Below the pieces are notes generated by a model. It saw only the letters and a program-made list of their open reading frames with translations. It ran no database searches and was not told the DNA's origin. From a virus (Duplodnaviria; Caudoviricetes), in the IMG/VR virus record IMGVR_UViG_3300036783_000180, positions 1 through 64,000 of that record: a stretch of 64,000 bases of DNA. One strand, 5' to 3'. The position numbers and the translations under genes were made by a program. Below, in pieces: positions 9,998-19,082 of this stretch; position 1 is the stretch's first letter, and every line of letters starts with the position of its first letter.

Positions 9998-10041
9998 GGT
10001 GTTATGTTTAAATCATTTAAATTAGCCATGCACAATCACCT

Positions 10042-11205
10042 CTATTCATCCATACCAATAATTTCATTCTGATCCACATTTTCACCGATAACTTCTTTGT
10101 ATTCGCCTCTAGCTTCTCTTTCTTCCTCTTCAAGACGCTCAAGACTAGGCATAACAACTTCGAGCATTTCGTCCACAACGCTTTTCTTAGAAGTCTCACG
10201 AGAAACTTCATCAAGGCTAATGATACTTTTATTCGCTTTATCCATCATACCTACCAATTGGTTTAATGGCTGAATAACTGCATCTTCTGTCCGTTGATCC
10301 ATAAGTTGATAACGCCTATGTGTTCTAAGCATGACATCAGCGAACATTTCCCTCATTTGAGCGTATTCTAAAATACCTTCGTTGTAAGCTGCATTTGAAT
10401 AATGATTTGTTAGTCTTTTAATTTGTAAATCTAATTGTTGTATTTGCTTTTTAATCGTTGTGATGGTTTGTGTACGTTCGCCTAAAAACATTTCCGAATC
10501 TGGAGTGTTTCTTATCTGTTCTAAAGAAGCTTCCAAATGATGTTTTTCAGTCGATAATTCGTCAATTGTTCGCTCTAAGTCTCGTCTTTTCGTTTTGAAA
10601 AAAGCTTTAGCGTAATAGGCGATATGATGTGCTGGTAATTGGATATCATAAGCGATATCTAAATGCTCAGAAACACTTTTAGGAGATTTACCATCAACTA
10701 GCATACCATCAATAATATGTCTCTTCTCGTGAGTTAATAAGTCCGACCATTCCGGCATTTTCTCAGTTGTAACAATCTTTTCTCCTGTTTCATCATCCAT
10801 AGGAACATTAGTAACTGAACCATAAAAAGAAATAATTTCCTTAGAAAAGAAATAATCAATCTCCATATCTTTCATACAAGCACAGAATACTTGTCTGTCC
10901 ATTTCGTTTAAATCAAACGTTTTATCTATGCTTAGTTTTTCAACCGTTACACCTCGTAGATAAGGTTTGTAGTATTTGGCTAACTTGTATTGGACAATCA
11001 CTGGATATAATACGTGTTCAAAATATATTTTTAATTCATCTTTGGATATTGTAGATAAACCCAAATGGATTAATTCTGACGGAATTTCACTAAAAGGAAT
11101 ACGTCGCATTAATAAGTATCTCACGTAACCAATGTGAGCACGGTTATCTACAATACGAACTTGATCGCGCACACTTGATTCGATTTTGTTGTATTTAATA
11201 ATCAT
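10042..11205 (-). CDS. Hypothetical protein, candidate terminase small subunit
   Basis: 387 aa immediately upstream of terL. Two HTH-like segments followed by a long coiled coil. Assignment is mostly positional. Confidence 0.35.
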   Translation of the reverse strand: MIIKYNKIESSVRDQVRIVDNRAHIGYVRYLLMRRIPFSEIPSELIHLGLSTISKDELKIYFEHVLYPVIVQYKLAKYYKPYLRGVTVEKLSIDKTFDLNEMDRQVFCACMKDMEIDYFFSKEIISFYGSVTNVPMDDETGEKIVTTEKMPEWSDLLTHEKRHIIDGMLVDGKSPKSVSEHLDIAYDIQLPAHHIAYYAKAFFKTKRRDLERTIDELSTEKHHLEASLEQIRNTPDSEMFLGERTQTITTIKKQIQQLDLQIKRLTNHYSNAAYNEGILEYAQMREMFADVMLRTHRRYQLMDQRTEDAVIQPLNQLVGMMDKANKSIISLDEVSRETSKKSVVDEMLEVVMPSLERLEEEEREARGEYKEVIGENVDQNEIIGMDE

Positions 11206-11225
11206 TCGCGTATTTTGCTCCTTTC

Positions 11226-11260
11226 AAAAAATATAGACCTAGAGATAGTCTCTAGGTCTA
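11226..11260 (-). terminator. Intrinsic terminator
   Basis: TAGACCTAGAGA-TAG-TCTCTAGGTCTA with an A-tract on the left (U-tract on the minus strand). Confidence 0.7.
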
Positions 11261-11279
11261 GTATACATGAGAAATTAGA

Positions 11280-12569
11280 TTAACGGTTGAAATGAATGCG
11301 ATTCATTGGGTCATCATATTTCGCTACTTTTTCCATCGTTGGTACTAAAACTGCTTGAGCAGCTTCTTTATAAAGATCATTCATGATACCTTCGTTTTCA
11401 GAAGCTTGTTTTTCAGTTTGACTTTCGCTTTTATCTTTACTACCTGATAAAGCTTTGATTCCTGCACCAACTGCAACCGTACCTGCTGCACCTGCGCCAA
11501 CTGCTTTTAATTGATTTTGCGCTTGAGTTTTTGCAGTACGAGTCGTTTTACCAGATAAATCGTTAGCGAAATTTGTTGCAGAAGCTTGAACACCTTTAGC
11601 AGCATCTTTGATTCCTTTTGGTGATGGAATTTTTAGTCCTGCTGCAACTTTTTCTAGTCGTTCAACTAATTCGCTAGCTTCTTTTTCTGAATCTTTATCT
11701 TCTTTTTTGTCTTCTTTTTTGTCTTCTTTGCACTCTTCGTCGCAATCCTCTTTCTTCTTGTCGTCTTTCTTTTTGAAGAAAAATTCTTCTGCTGTTTTTT
11801 CAAGAGTGTTCATTAATTCGTTAGCGGTTTTATCTTCTCCTGCCGGAGCGTTAGATACGCTACGCGCGCCCTGTGTAGGTAGCTTTTCTTCTTCTGCGGT
11901 TTCCCCTGCCGCATTAATCATTCTCTCATCGTTCTTTTTATCAATGTAGTTCGCTGCACCTTGAAGGCCAGCACCAGCAAGAGCGCCACCAGCAGCACCA
12001 GCAAGAGCACCACCAGCAGTTCCAACAGCACGACCAACAGCACCTAAAGCGGGATTAGCTTTAGCTAGACCATTGCCTACAACACCACCACCAACAGCGC
12101 CTAATCCACCGTAAAGAGCAGGAGAAATTTTAGATGCTAAAGAGCGTTGATCATCTTTCAAAGCTTGATAATTTTCAGCGTTAAACTCACCTGTAGGGTT
12201 ACCAGCTTCATCTACGCCACCTTGTGCTTTTGTTTGATTAATCATCACTTCATCAACAGCAGGAGCGATAGCATTACCTGCCTTGCTCCCTAAGTAACTA
12301 CCTAATCCACTAGCAGCTGCGCCTACGCCAGCGCCAACTAAAGGATTAAATCCTAATGAATGACCACCAAAAGCGCCAATACCAGCACCAATCAAACTAT
12401 TACCTACTGCAACAGGAATAGTTTGTTGTTCTCGTGCTTGTTGCATTCCGTCGCGATACGCTTGTTCATCAAATACGCCATTCGCAACCTTTTCTAATTC
12501 GGAAATTAAATCTCCTTTTGCGTGGCTCTCATGAGCAACCTTTTCTAGATTTTCCATTAATGTTGTCAT
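11280..12569 (-). CDS. Putative internal head/ejection protein (glycine zippers, many LEKVA motifs)
   Basis: Start 12569 (AAGGAGG). Motifs LEKVA x3, LEKTA, EDKTA, EKEAS, EKQAS, YKEAA, MEKVA. Long Gly/Ala hydrophobic tracts and a KKED repeat. Confidence 0.55.
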   Translation of the reverse strand: MTTLMENLEKVAHESHAKGDLISELEKVANGVFDEQAYRDGMQQAREQQTIPVAVGNSLIGAGIGAFGGHSLGFNPLVGAGVGAAASGLGSYLGSKAGNAIAPAVDEVMINQTKAQGGVDEAGNPTGEFNAENYQALKDDQRSLASKISPALYGGLGAVGGGVVGNGLAKANPALGAVGRAVGTAGGALAGAAGGALAGAGLQGAANYIDKKNDERMINAAGETAEEEKLPTQGARSVSNAPAGEDKTANELMNTLEKTAEEFFFKKKDDKKKEDCDEECKEDKKEDKKEDKDSEKEASELVERLEKVAAGLKIPSPKGIKDAAKGVQASATNFANDLSGKTTRTAKTQAQNQLKAVGAGAAGTVAVGAGIKALSGSKDKSESQTEKQASENEGIMNDLYKEAAQAVLVPTMEKVAKYDDPMNRIHFNR

Positions 12570-12609
12570 ACTTTTTTCCTCCTTAAATTTCATATATTTA
12601 TAGCATACG

Positions 12610-13236
12610 TTATTTTTGACCACTTAAAAAGTCATTAATCACTTTTTTAATCTCTTCTTCACGATTTATACGTTCTTCCTCTTCCAATTGCGCTTGCCTA
12701 GCTTCCTCTTTGTTGTCATGTAACATTTTAGCTAACAATCCACCACCAAGAGCACCAGCCATAGCGGTTCGTCTTACTAATGGATTCTTAACGTGTTCAC
12801 CGAACTCACTAAACATTTGTTTATCCGGCAACATATTATTAGACAAAAAATTAGGGTTCTTAGCTAGACTCACAACAGGAGCAGGACCTTTCTCTCTTAA
12901 CCTAGATGCAACTTCAGCGGAGTCATTAAAGAACTCTTTGTTAGCTTCATATGTCTTTTGTAACATAGAACGCATAGAGTCTGGGACATCATCCCAACCG
13001 ATTTGCCCTTTATGGATTTTACTTAAAAGAGAAATAGCATTCGTTTCTTCTGTAAAATCTTTATAAGCTTGGATAGCTTCTTTTTCAGCTCTTACATTCT
13101 TTGCAACTTCTAATGGTTTTAAAGAAAGGAATCCAGCAGTTCCACCTGCTAGACCTCCCGCTGCCATGCCACCTAAAGCGGCATTTGTTCTGCTATCGTC
13201 ACCAGAGGTTGCAGACATCAATACCATATCAAGCAT
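12610..13236 (-). CDS. Hypothetical protein with Gly-rich hydrophobic helices
   Basis: 208 aa, GGAGGG RBS. Segments AALGGMAAGGLAGGTAGFL and AMAGALGGGLLA. Confidence 0.55.
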   Translation of the reverse strand: MLDMVLMSATSGDDSRTNAALGGMAAGGLAGGTAGFLSLKPLEVAKNVRAEKEAIQAYKDFTEETNAISLLSKIHKGQIGWDDVPDSMRSMLQKTYEANKEFFNDSAEVASRLREKGPAPVVSLAKNPNFLSNNMLPDKQMFSEFGEHVKNPLVRRTAMAGALGGGLLAKMLHDNKEEARQAQLEEEERINREEEIKKVINDFLSGQK

Positions 13237-13247
13237 AGGTCACCCTC

Positions 13248-14078
13248 CTATTTATTCTTTCCGATTAAATCTTTAAACTTATCAACTTTATTAGAAACAG
13301 TAGAAGAAGCTACACCATAACTTAAAGCGATAGATGTGTGCGGAACTTTATATTTAATCGATTGTTCTACCATTTCAAGATCTCTATCAGTAAAGTTCTT
13401 ATCCAGCGCTTTAACATGTTTTTTCATAGAATCAAACGCAACCTCGAAGCTTGTATCAGCATCGTAGTCACCAGAGTTATCTGCGAATTGATCTTTGAAT
13501 AGAACTTTCTTACCATCCTCGTTACCGAATTCAGCATCACCAACATGAGATTTAACATCTGTGCGTTTCAAGTTTTCGTAATCAGGGAGCAAGTGAGCTT
13601 CTAAATGTTTCTTAACTTGATCGTCCGTAGGGAACGGACCGAATTCCATCTTCGCTAGTTTAACTGCATTTTGGTATTTACGTAATCGGAATGCTTCTGT
13701 ACGGTCAACATAAGCACCTTCATGGAATTCTCCACCTAAGTTCTGTAAGTTACCCGAAATACTTCTTACTAAGTGAGTGTTCAATTGGGCAGGCTGACCA
13801 TTTTTACCCGTTACCGTTGGGTCATAATTTTTCACATACTTAGGAAGTTTGCTATATGCTTCTAGCCCTAGTACATCTCTAGGAACGTGCTTGTTTTTCA
13901 GTGCAGCTTTATTGATTTCGTTTTCCATCATCGGACGAAGAGACATCATTAACTTTTGGTAAGTTAATTTATCCCCTGTCTTTTGGAATTCTAAAGCCAA
14001 TTGCTTTTCCTCTTCTTTTGTTAATGATTGGCTATTGTCGAACGCCTCTTTTGGCATCATCGCACTTAATAAATTCAT
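13248..14078 (-). CDS. Divergent sigma70-family RNA polymerase sigma factor
   Basis: Start 14078 (AAGGAG). Region 1.2/2-like LTKEEEKQLA..FQKTGDK....L...LRPMM, YVKNYDP, LNTHL...I. Region 4-like HTH TSIALSYGVASSTVSN. Confidence 0.65.
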   Translation of the reverse strand: MNLLSAMMPKEAFDNSQSLTKEEEKQLALEFQKTGDKLTYQKLMMSLRPMMENEINKAALKNKHVPRDVLGLEAYSKLPKYVKNYDPTVTGKNGQPAQLNTHLVRSISGNLQNLGGEFHEGAYVDRTEAFRLRKYQNAVKLAKMEFGPFPTDDQVKKHLEAHLLPDYENLKRTDVKSHVGDAEFGNEDGKKVLFKDQFADNSGDYDADTSFEVAFDSMKKHVKALDKNFTDRDLEMVEQSIKYKVPHTSIALSYGVASSTVSNKVDKFKDLIGKNK

Positions 14079-14116
14079 GCAGATTCTCCTTTCATAGAAA
14101 ATCATGAAGAGTAGAA

Positions 14117-16810
14117 TTACTCTTCATGATCCTTACTTGCTTGACGAACACCAAGACTACCCATTGCAAGTCCAGTTAAACCAACTGTAGCAGCAGAAGT
14201 CTTTTTGTAATCTTGTTGTTCTAATTTACCTCTATTATCAAGCATAGCATTTAATTCCTCTTGTGCTGACTTCACTTTATCTCTAGCTTCATCAACTTTA
14301 ACTTGAGCAGCGGTTTGTTTTGTTTGGCTAGGCTTTGCAGAGTTACGGAAAGCTCTCATTTCAATATTAGCTTCATTGAAATGATTCATCAGTCTATTTA
14401 ATTCATCTTTCTTAGAATCAATAGTACCTGTAATTTCCTTCACTTGCTTTGCGTTGAATAATCCAGCTTGCTTATCAAGACCACCATTTAAACGTTCGTG
14501 CATTGAAGCGTAAGCGTATAAGCCTTCTAATTGATTAATAGCATTCTTAACTAATTTAGGGCTTACCATAGGCTGCGCGTGCTTAGTAAGTTGCGTTCTA
14601 TTAAAGTGAATCAATTGATTTGTAGCATCAGAGATATTCCCCTTTAAAGAAGCTACCTTCTCAAGAGTATCGCTTTCTAACTCAACATATGAACCAGAAG
14701 CAATCTCGTGAGCCATTTTATCCATTTGGTATTTTAAGTTTGTCATCATTGCTAATTCGAACCAATTCGCGCCAGATAAATCAGTAGCAACTTTTTCTAA
14801 GTCTCTAGCGGTTTCGAATGACGTTTTTAAGAAGTTATCCCACTGCATTAGTTTTTCAGGAACGCTAGGAGCAACACCCATAACAAGTCCAGATACTGCT
14901 TGAGCAACTGCATCTTCAAAGATAGGCATAAAGTTATTAGCATTCAGAGTGCTATTTGCGATACCTTTGAATTTAAGTTTCTTTTGTTGGTTAGCTACAT
15001 CTTCCGGTGTAACGTTTTGTGCTTTCTGTTTGCTAGGAAGGTTGAATGTAGCTGATCTACCGTTTCGTTTTGTAATTTCGAAGAACTGTTCTGTTCTACG
15101 CATATCGAAACCAAGTAGTTGTAACGTTTGTCTAACGCTATCTTCAGATAGATTAGTCATTTCTTTCTTCTCAATTTTGTACTGAGCTTTGCCACCAGGA
15201 GAATCCGCCATGTTAGTAAACGTCCACTTTAAGTCGTACTTTCTAGGCTTAGGATCTTTTTTTACGTAAAGTGTCACTTTATCAGCTTGTTCGTAAGCAG
15301 CTTCTTTTGCCATGTGATCGAAATAACTATTCGGCTTTTGGAATGAACCTTCGATTTGCTTTTTAAGTGGGAACACTTTTTGTGACTTAGATAACAACAC
15401 GTATTCATCAGCGTAGAAGTACTGAACAATCATGTTAGCTCTTTTAATATCAATGTTGTCCGTCCCTAAATCCATTATCATTTTTGAAAGATCTTCTTTA
15501 GTTACAACAGAAGGTCCTTTGAATGCATCGTTTTTCATAATCAAGAATAAAACTTCTTTATTCCCTTTTGATCCAACGTATTTAGCTGAAACAAGATTAT
15601 CAAAAATAGAGTTTTGGAAGTCTTGATTAGATGGCTTTGCACCACGAGCGACACGTTCAGGTACACTGATTACAACACCGTTATGAACAGCATCCTCTTT
15701 GTGAGTGTATCCAACTAAAAATGGGTGAACAAGAGTGTCTGTTTCTAATTCGAATGCATACATACCTTCAGTTATCATAGCTTTTGCTTCAATCGTTTGT
15801 GGCTCGAATAGTCTATCCGCTTCTTGCAACGTAGTCATGAATTCTTCATTGGATTTAAGTAAACGGTATTCTTTTTTCTTATCAATAACGACAGATGAAT
15901 AACCAGAGTTTACAGATTTTCCACTCGCATTCACTAACTTGTGATACACTCGACCAGATCTGTATTCGAACTGTCCATTGTTTAATAGAGGGAAGACAAT
16001 ATTATTACCGCTAAGTACACGCTTTGTATTTACTAATTTATCTTCATCTAGCTTTTTAAATTCTCGTTTTACTTCCGCTCGTTCTACAGTATCTTCTACA
16101 GGAGCAGCAGTTTTGATTCTTTCAACTGCTTGATCGTAAGCTTCTTTTTCAATTGTTGTTAAGAATTGGTCAATCGCTTTTTCAGGGTAAACAGTTGCAC
16201 TCGCTAATTTCACTGACACATCATTAAATACCTCTGACACATCAATATCGGCACTTGCACGTTTTACTAATCGTTCATCATCTAAGTGACCAAATGATAA
16301 TCCGTCCCAAAGTCCCATTCCAGCAGCATCAGTTGCTCTATGAGAATCACGGATATCCATGATAGTTCCTAAGAAACCATTGTGAGTTGGGATGTCTTTA
16401 TAATCAACAACCTCCGCAATTCCGTCTTCTCCACCTGCTGCATTCGATTCAACTTTTTGTTTTAAAGCGAATACTAATTTTTGAAGTTTGCCAATATCAT
16501 ATGGAACTTCTTGATCACCAAGACGAATCGCATCGAATGGAAGGAGTGTCTTTTCGTGGATAATAAATGGCAGGTACACTTTAGCGCCTTTTACATCTAA
16601 CTCTACGTTTCCGTATCCATTTGCTATATTACCCGATAAATCTCCATCTTCTGTGTCAACTCGAAGCATCGGCTTTACAGTAACAAAATCGGTAGCTTCA
16701 CCTAAATCACTACGCACTTTGTCTACTATAAATTTTTCAACAGCAGCAGGGCCCGTCTGTCTCAATGGTATTCCGACAATCGTATTACTAATTTTTTTCA
16801 AAATATCCAC
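14117..16810 (-). CDS. Large virion head-module protein with K-x-A motifs
   Basis: 897 aa, GAGG RBS. Motifs VKRAS, VKLAS, EKEAY, IKTAA, AKEAA, LEKVA x2, DKMAH, TKHAQ, DKQAG. Hydrophobic C-terminal segment. Confidence 0.55.
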   Translation of the reverse strand: MDILKKISNTIVGIPLRQTGPAAVEKFIVDKVRSDLGEATDFVTVKPMLRVDTEDGDLSGNIANGYGNVELDVKGAKVYLPFIIHEKTLLPFDAIRLGDQEVPYDIGKLQKLVFALKQKVESNAAGGEDGIAEVVDYKDIPTHNGFLGTIMDIRDSHRATDAAGMGLWDGLSFGHLDDERLVKRASADIDVSEVFNDVSVKLASATVYPEKAIDQFLTTIEKEAYDQAVERIKTAAPVEDTVERAEVKREFKKLDEDKLVNTKRVLSGNNIVFPLLNNGQFEYRSGRVYHKLVNASGKSVNSGYSSVVIDKKKEYRLLKSNEEFMTTLQEADRLFEPQTIEAKAMITEGMYAFELETDTLVHPFLVGYTHKEDAVHNGVVISVPERVARGAKPSNQDFQNSIFDNLVSAKYVGSKGNKEVLFLIMKNDAFKGPSVVTKEDLSKMIMDLGTDNIDIKRANMIVQYFYADEYVLLSKSQKVFPLKKQIEGSFQKPNSYFDHMAKEAAYEQADKVTLYVKKDPKPRKYDLKWTFTNMADSPGGKAQYKIEKKEMTNLSEDSVRQTLQLLGFDMRRTEQFFEITKRNGRSATFNLPSKQKAQNVTPEDVANQQKKLKFKGIANSTLNANNFMPIFEDAVAQAVSGLVMGVAPSVPEKLMQWDNFLKTSFETARDLEKVATDLSGANWFELAMMTNLKYQMDKMAHEIASGSYVELESDTLEKVASLKGNISDATNQLIHFNRTQLTKHAQPMVSPKLVKNAINQLEGLYAYASMHERLNGGLDKQAGLFNAKQVKEITGTIDSKKDELNRLMNHFNEANIEMRAFRNSAKPSQTKQTAAQVKVDEARDKVKSAQEELNAMLDNRGKLEQQDYKKTSAATVGLTGLAMGSLGVRQASKDHEE

Positions 16811-16858
16811 CTCGTTTATTCTCTTATTTTTACTGTCTTTAGTATATCACGACAACCT

Positions 16859-16883
16859 CAAAATTAGTTATAAGAAAAGTGAA
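16859..16883 (+). promoter_or_regulatory. Conserved 25-bp motif copy 1
   Basis: CAAAATTAGTTATAAGAAAAGTGAA at the divergence point between the minus and plus blocks. Confidence 0.7.
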
Positions 16884-16919
16884 GGAGTAAAAGCATAGCT
16901 TTACTTCCTTGTATTTTTT
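16882..16919 (+). terminator. Hairpin plus T-tract immediately after motif copy 1
   Basis: AAGGAGTAAAAGC-ATA-GCTTTACTTCCTT followed by GTATTTTTT. Confidence 0.45.
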
Positions 16920-16936
16920 AAAAGGAGTGGACAGAA

Positions 16937-17545
16937 ATGGATATGAAAATTACATCAGGACAAAAGGAATTATCTCGTTATGTAAATGAAAACTTGTTAG
17001 ATATCTCGTTACGCCCTATTCCAGATGTGGATTATATTGAGTTCGTCAGCAAAGGAAAAGTGCTTCGCCATATAACTAAGGTGTATCAAGAAATGATTAA
17101 TGCTGACGACAACTACAATCATAATTACACTGAACTGAAAGAAATGTTTATGTCTTACAGAGAGTTCTACCTATCTAGAGAACCTTTCGAAGCTTTTCAT
17201 TTTCTTCCTCATTATTTTAAAGGGGCATACTTTGCATTATTAGAAGATAGGGTTTCAGCAGAGGATACTTTAGAGTGGTGCATGAGATTATGTGATGGAA
17301 CTTGGCTTAGACCTTTAGTACGAGAATTGATTAAGTCTAAACGTTTTCCAGAACTCAAGGCGTTTTATGATTACGGAAAGGAATATGTAGACAGAACTGA
17401 GGATTGGGTTGCTAACGGAAGTCTATATGAATACACAAAATTAGGTGGAGCAGACGACTACTTGTGCCAAAGTAAATTCGAACATGCACAAAAGAAATAC
17501 AAAAATGCGTTAGAAATGTTATCCGATGAAGGAGGGAAACTTTAA
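16937..17545 (+). CDS. Hypothetical protein
   Basis: 202 aa, AAGGAG RBS. Confidence 0.7.
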   Translation: MDMKITSGQKELSRYVNENLLDISLRPIPDVDYIEFVSKGKVLRHITKVYQEMINADDNYNHNYTELKEMFMSYREFYLSREPFEAFHFLPHYFKGAYFALLEDRVSAEDTLEWCMRLCDGTWLRPLVRELIKSKRFPELKAFYDYGKEYVDRTEDWVANGSLYEYTKLGGADDYLCQSKFEHAQKKYKNALEMLSDEGGKL

Positions 17546-17895
17546 TGACTAGAGCATCATTGTTTGATTATATAGCTTTAGCAAGTGTAAGACCAATTAC
17601 GGAGAAGGATAGAAAACCGTTACAAAGGTTTTCTTTCGATCCGCAAGAGTTAAAGGAATTAAAAGAAATGAAAACAAATGAATTAAGAGGGCTTATGTGT
17701 TTTTGTGGAATACGAACGTTCGAGGAATTGCCTGTGATAGCGTGTGATGACGATGAATTAAGGATGGCTTATATCGTTTGGCGTTCTTATTATTCAAAAG
17801 AGAAACGATTAGTGCTTAACAAAAAGGTCAATCGTTTTGAGAAATATATGGATTTACTTTCGAACGAACTCGATGACTTTATGGATAGATACTAA
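17545..17895 (+). CDS. Hypothetical protein
   Basis: 116 aa, TAATG coupling, GGAGG RBS. Confidence 0.7.
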   Translation: MTRASLFDYIALASVRPITEKDRKPLQRFSFDPQELKELKEMKTNELRGLMCFCGIRTFEELPVIACDDDELRMAYIVWRSYYSKEKRLVLNKKVNRFEKYMDLLSNELDDFMDRY

Positions 17896-17907
17896 GGAGG
17901 GAATGAC

Positions 17908-18111
17908 ATGGATCAGATAAAAACATTAGAAAGCATTGGAGAAAAGATTTCGTTTTATAAAAAGAAAGAAGGTAACGATAAAATACGTTTAGTTCGTTGC
18001 CCGAATAGACGTTGCGAACAAAGTATCGTTGTATATATATCTCCAACGACAGAATATGTAGACTGCACAAACTGCGATTGCAGAATACGATTAAAAGAAA
18101 AAGGGGAGTAG
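17908..18111 (+). CDS. Small zinc-ribbon protein
   Basis: CPNRRC...CTNC, AAGGAGG RBS. Confidence 0.65.
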   Translation: MDQIKTLESIGEKISFYKKKEGNDKIRLVRCPNRRCEQSIVVYISPTTEYVDCTNCDCRIRLKEKGE

Positions 18112-18115
18112 AGTT

Positions 18116-18730
18116 ATGTCAAAAACATCCAACAACATATTACCTTTGAAATTATTATCAACCGAAGAAGCGGAAAGAACATTGAAAATCACGATGCCTA
18201 AAGCAAAGCAAATTTCAGACCAAGTGATTTCTTCTTTTACAGAACTTCCTGTCTATCTAAAAACAACAGAATCAAGTGATATAGAAACGAATAAGATTAT
18301 GAGAGAAGGGATTGCTAAAGCAGTTTTAACACCTCACCTGAGAGCGAATATTTTGCTCGTGTTCAACGATAAAGGAACTAGAATGTATTTACATGAAGTT
18401 CCTGAACAAGAGCTGACAGGGAACGAAATAAAGGCTATATTGTTATGTGCATACGAAAACCTAAAAGGAAATGATAATCGTAAGTTCATGATTCCTTACA
18501 GAGAGTTGAATCAAACACACATGGTACATGGTTCTAGTTTTTCTAAGTACCTCTTAAATAAAGATAATGATGTAGAAAATTCGGAAGTCGTGGTCATTAA
18601 TGTGCACCACGATTACATAAGAGGGTACGCTAGTTTAGTGGAAGAAGAATTAATTCTACAGGCTTGCTATGAACTCAACAACCATCTCCTTAATGGCATC
18701 GAAAAAGATGAAGCGTTAGAAGTAGAGTGA
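18116..18730 (+). CDS. Hypothetical protein
   Basis: 204 aa, GGGGAG RBS. Confidence 0.7.
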   Translation: MSKTSNNILPLKLLSTEEAERTLKITMPKAKQISDQVISSFTELPVYLKTTESSDIETNKIMREGIAKAVLTPHLRANILLVFNDKGTRMYLHEVPEQELTGNEIKAILLCAYENLKGNDNRKFMIPYRELNQTHMVHGSSFSKYLLNKDNDVENSEVVVINVHHDYIRGYASLVEEELILQACYELNNHLLNGIEKDEALEVE

Positions 18731-18939
18731 GTGGAGAGGTGTATATCTTTCCGCTACTTTTATTTGGATTGAGAGCTGATAGGGTTGAATTACGTAACAC
18801 CGAAGGAATGGTTGATGACAAATTGGAGAGCTTCTTTACCGACAGCAATCTACATAGGAACGGTTTCACTTGGCGTGTTCCTAAGAAACAGCTTTACGAA
18901 AGGAGACAGATGGGCAGTATTGATAAGCAACCATTGTAA
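18727..18939 (+). CDS. Hypothetical protein
   Basis: 70 aa, GTGA overlap with the previous stop. Weak RBS. Confidence 0.35.
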   Translation: MSGEVYIFPLLLFGLRADRVELRNTEGMVDDKLESFFTDSNLHRNGFTWRVPKKQLYERRQMGSIDKQPL

Positions 18940-19024
18940 TGCACCGATTGGAGTTAAGGTCGTTATGTGGTTGCCGCTTATTTACATTGTAAGACCAACT
19001 GTAATTACGTCGTTTATTACAGCC

Positions 19025-19049
19025 CAAAACTAGTTATAAGTAAAGTGAA
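19025..19049 (+). promoter_or_regulatory. Conserved 25-bp motif copy 2
   Basis: CAAAACTAGTTATAAGTAAAGTGAA. Confidence 0.75.
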
Positions 19050-19082
19050 GAAAGAAAACAATTTAAAGGAGAATGATTAACA

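Noticed and set aside
8341-10214. Same-strand alternative-frame ORFs 8341-8562 and 10017-10214
   Set aside because: They lie inside terL and the 387-aa gene, with no RBS or recognisable motifs.
2307-16898. Plus-strand ORFs opposite the head genes (e.g. 2307-2525, 6532-6816, 11608-11949, 12710-13066)
   Set aside because: Ser/Phe/Leu-rich antisense shadows of Lys/Glu-rich genes, with no RBS.
18785-19033. Alternative 82-aa ORF overlapping 18727-18939
   Set aside because: TTG start without a convincing RBS, and it runs into the conserved motif. The coupled 70-aa frame is preferred, though neither is certain.
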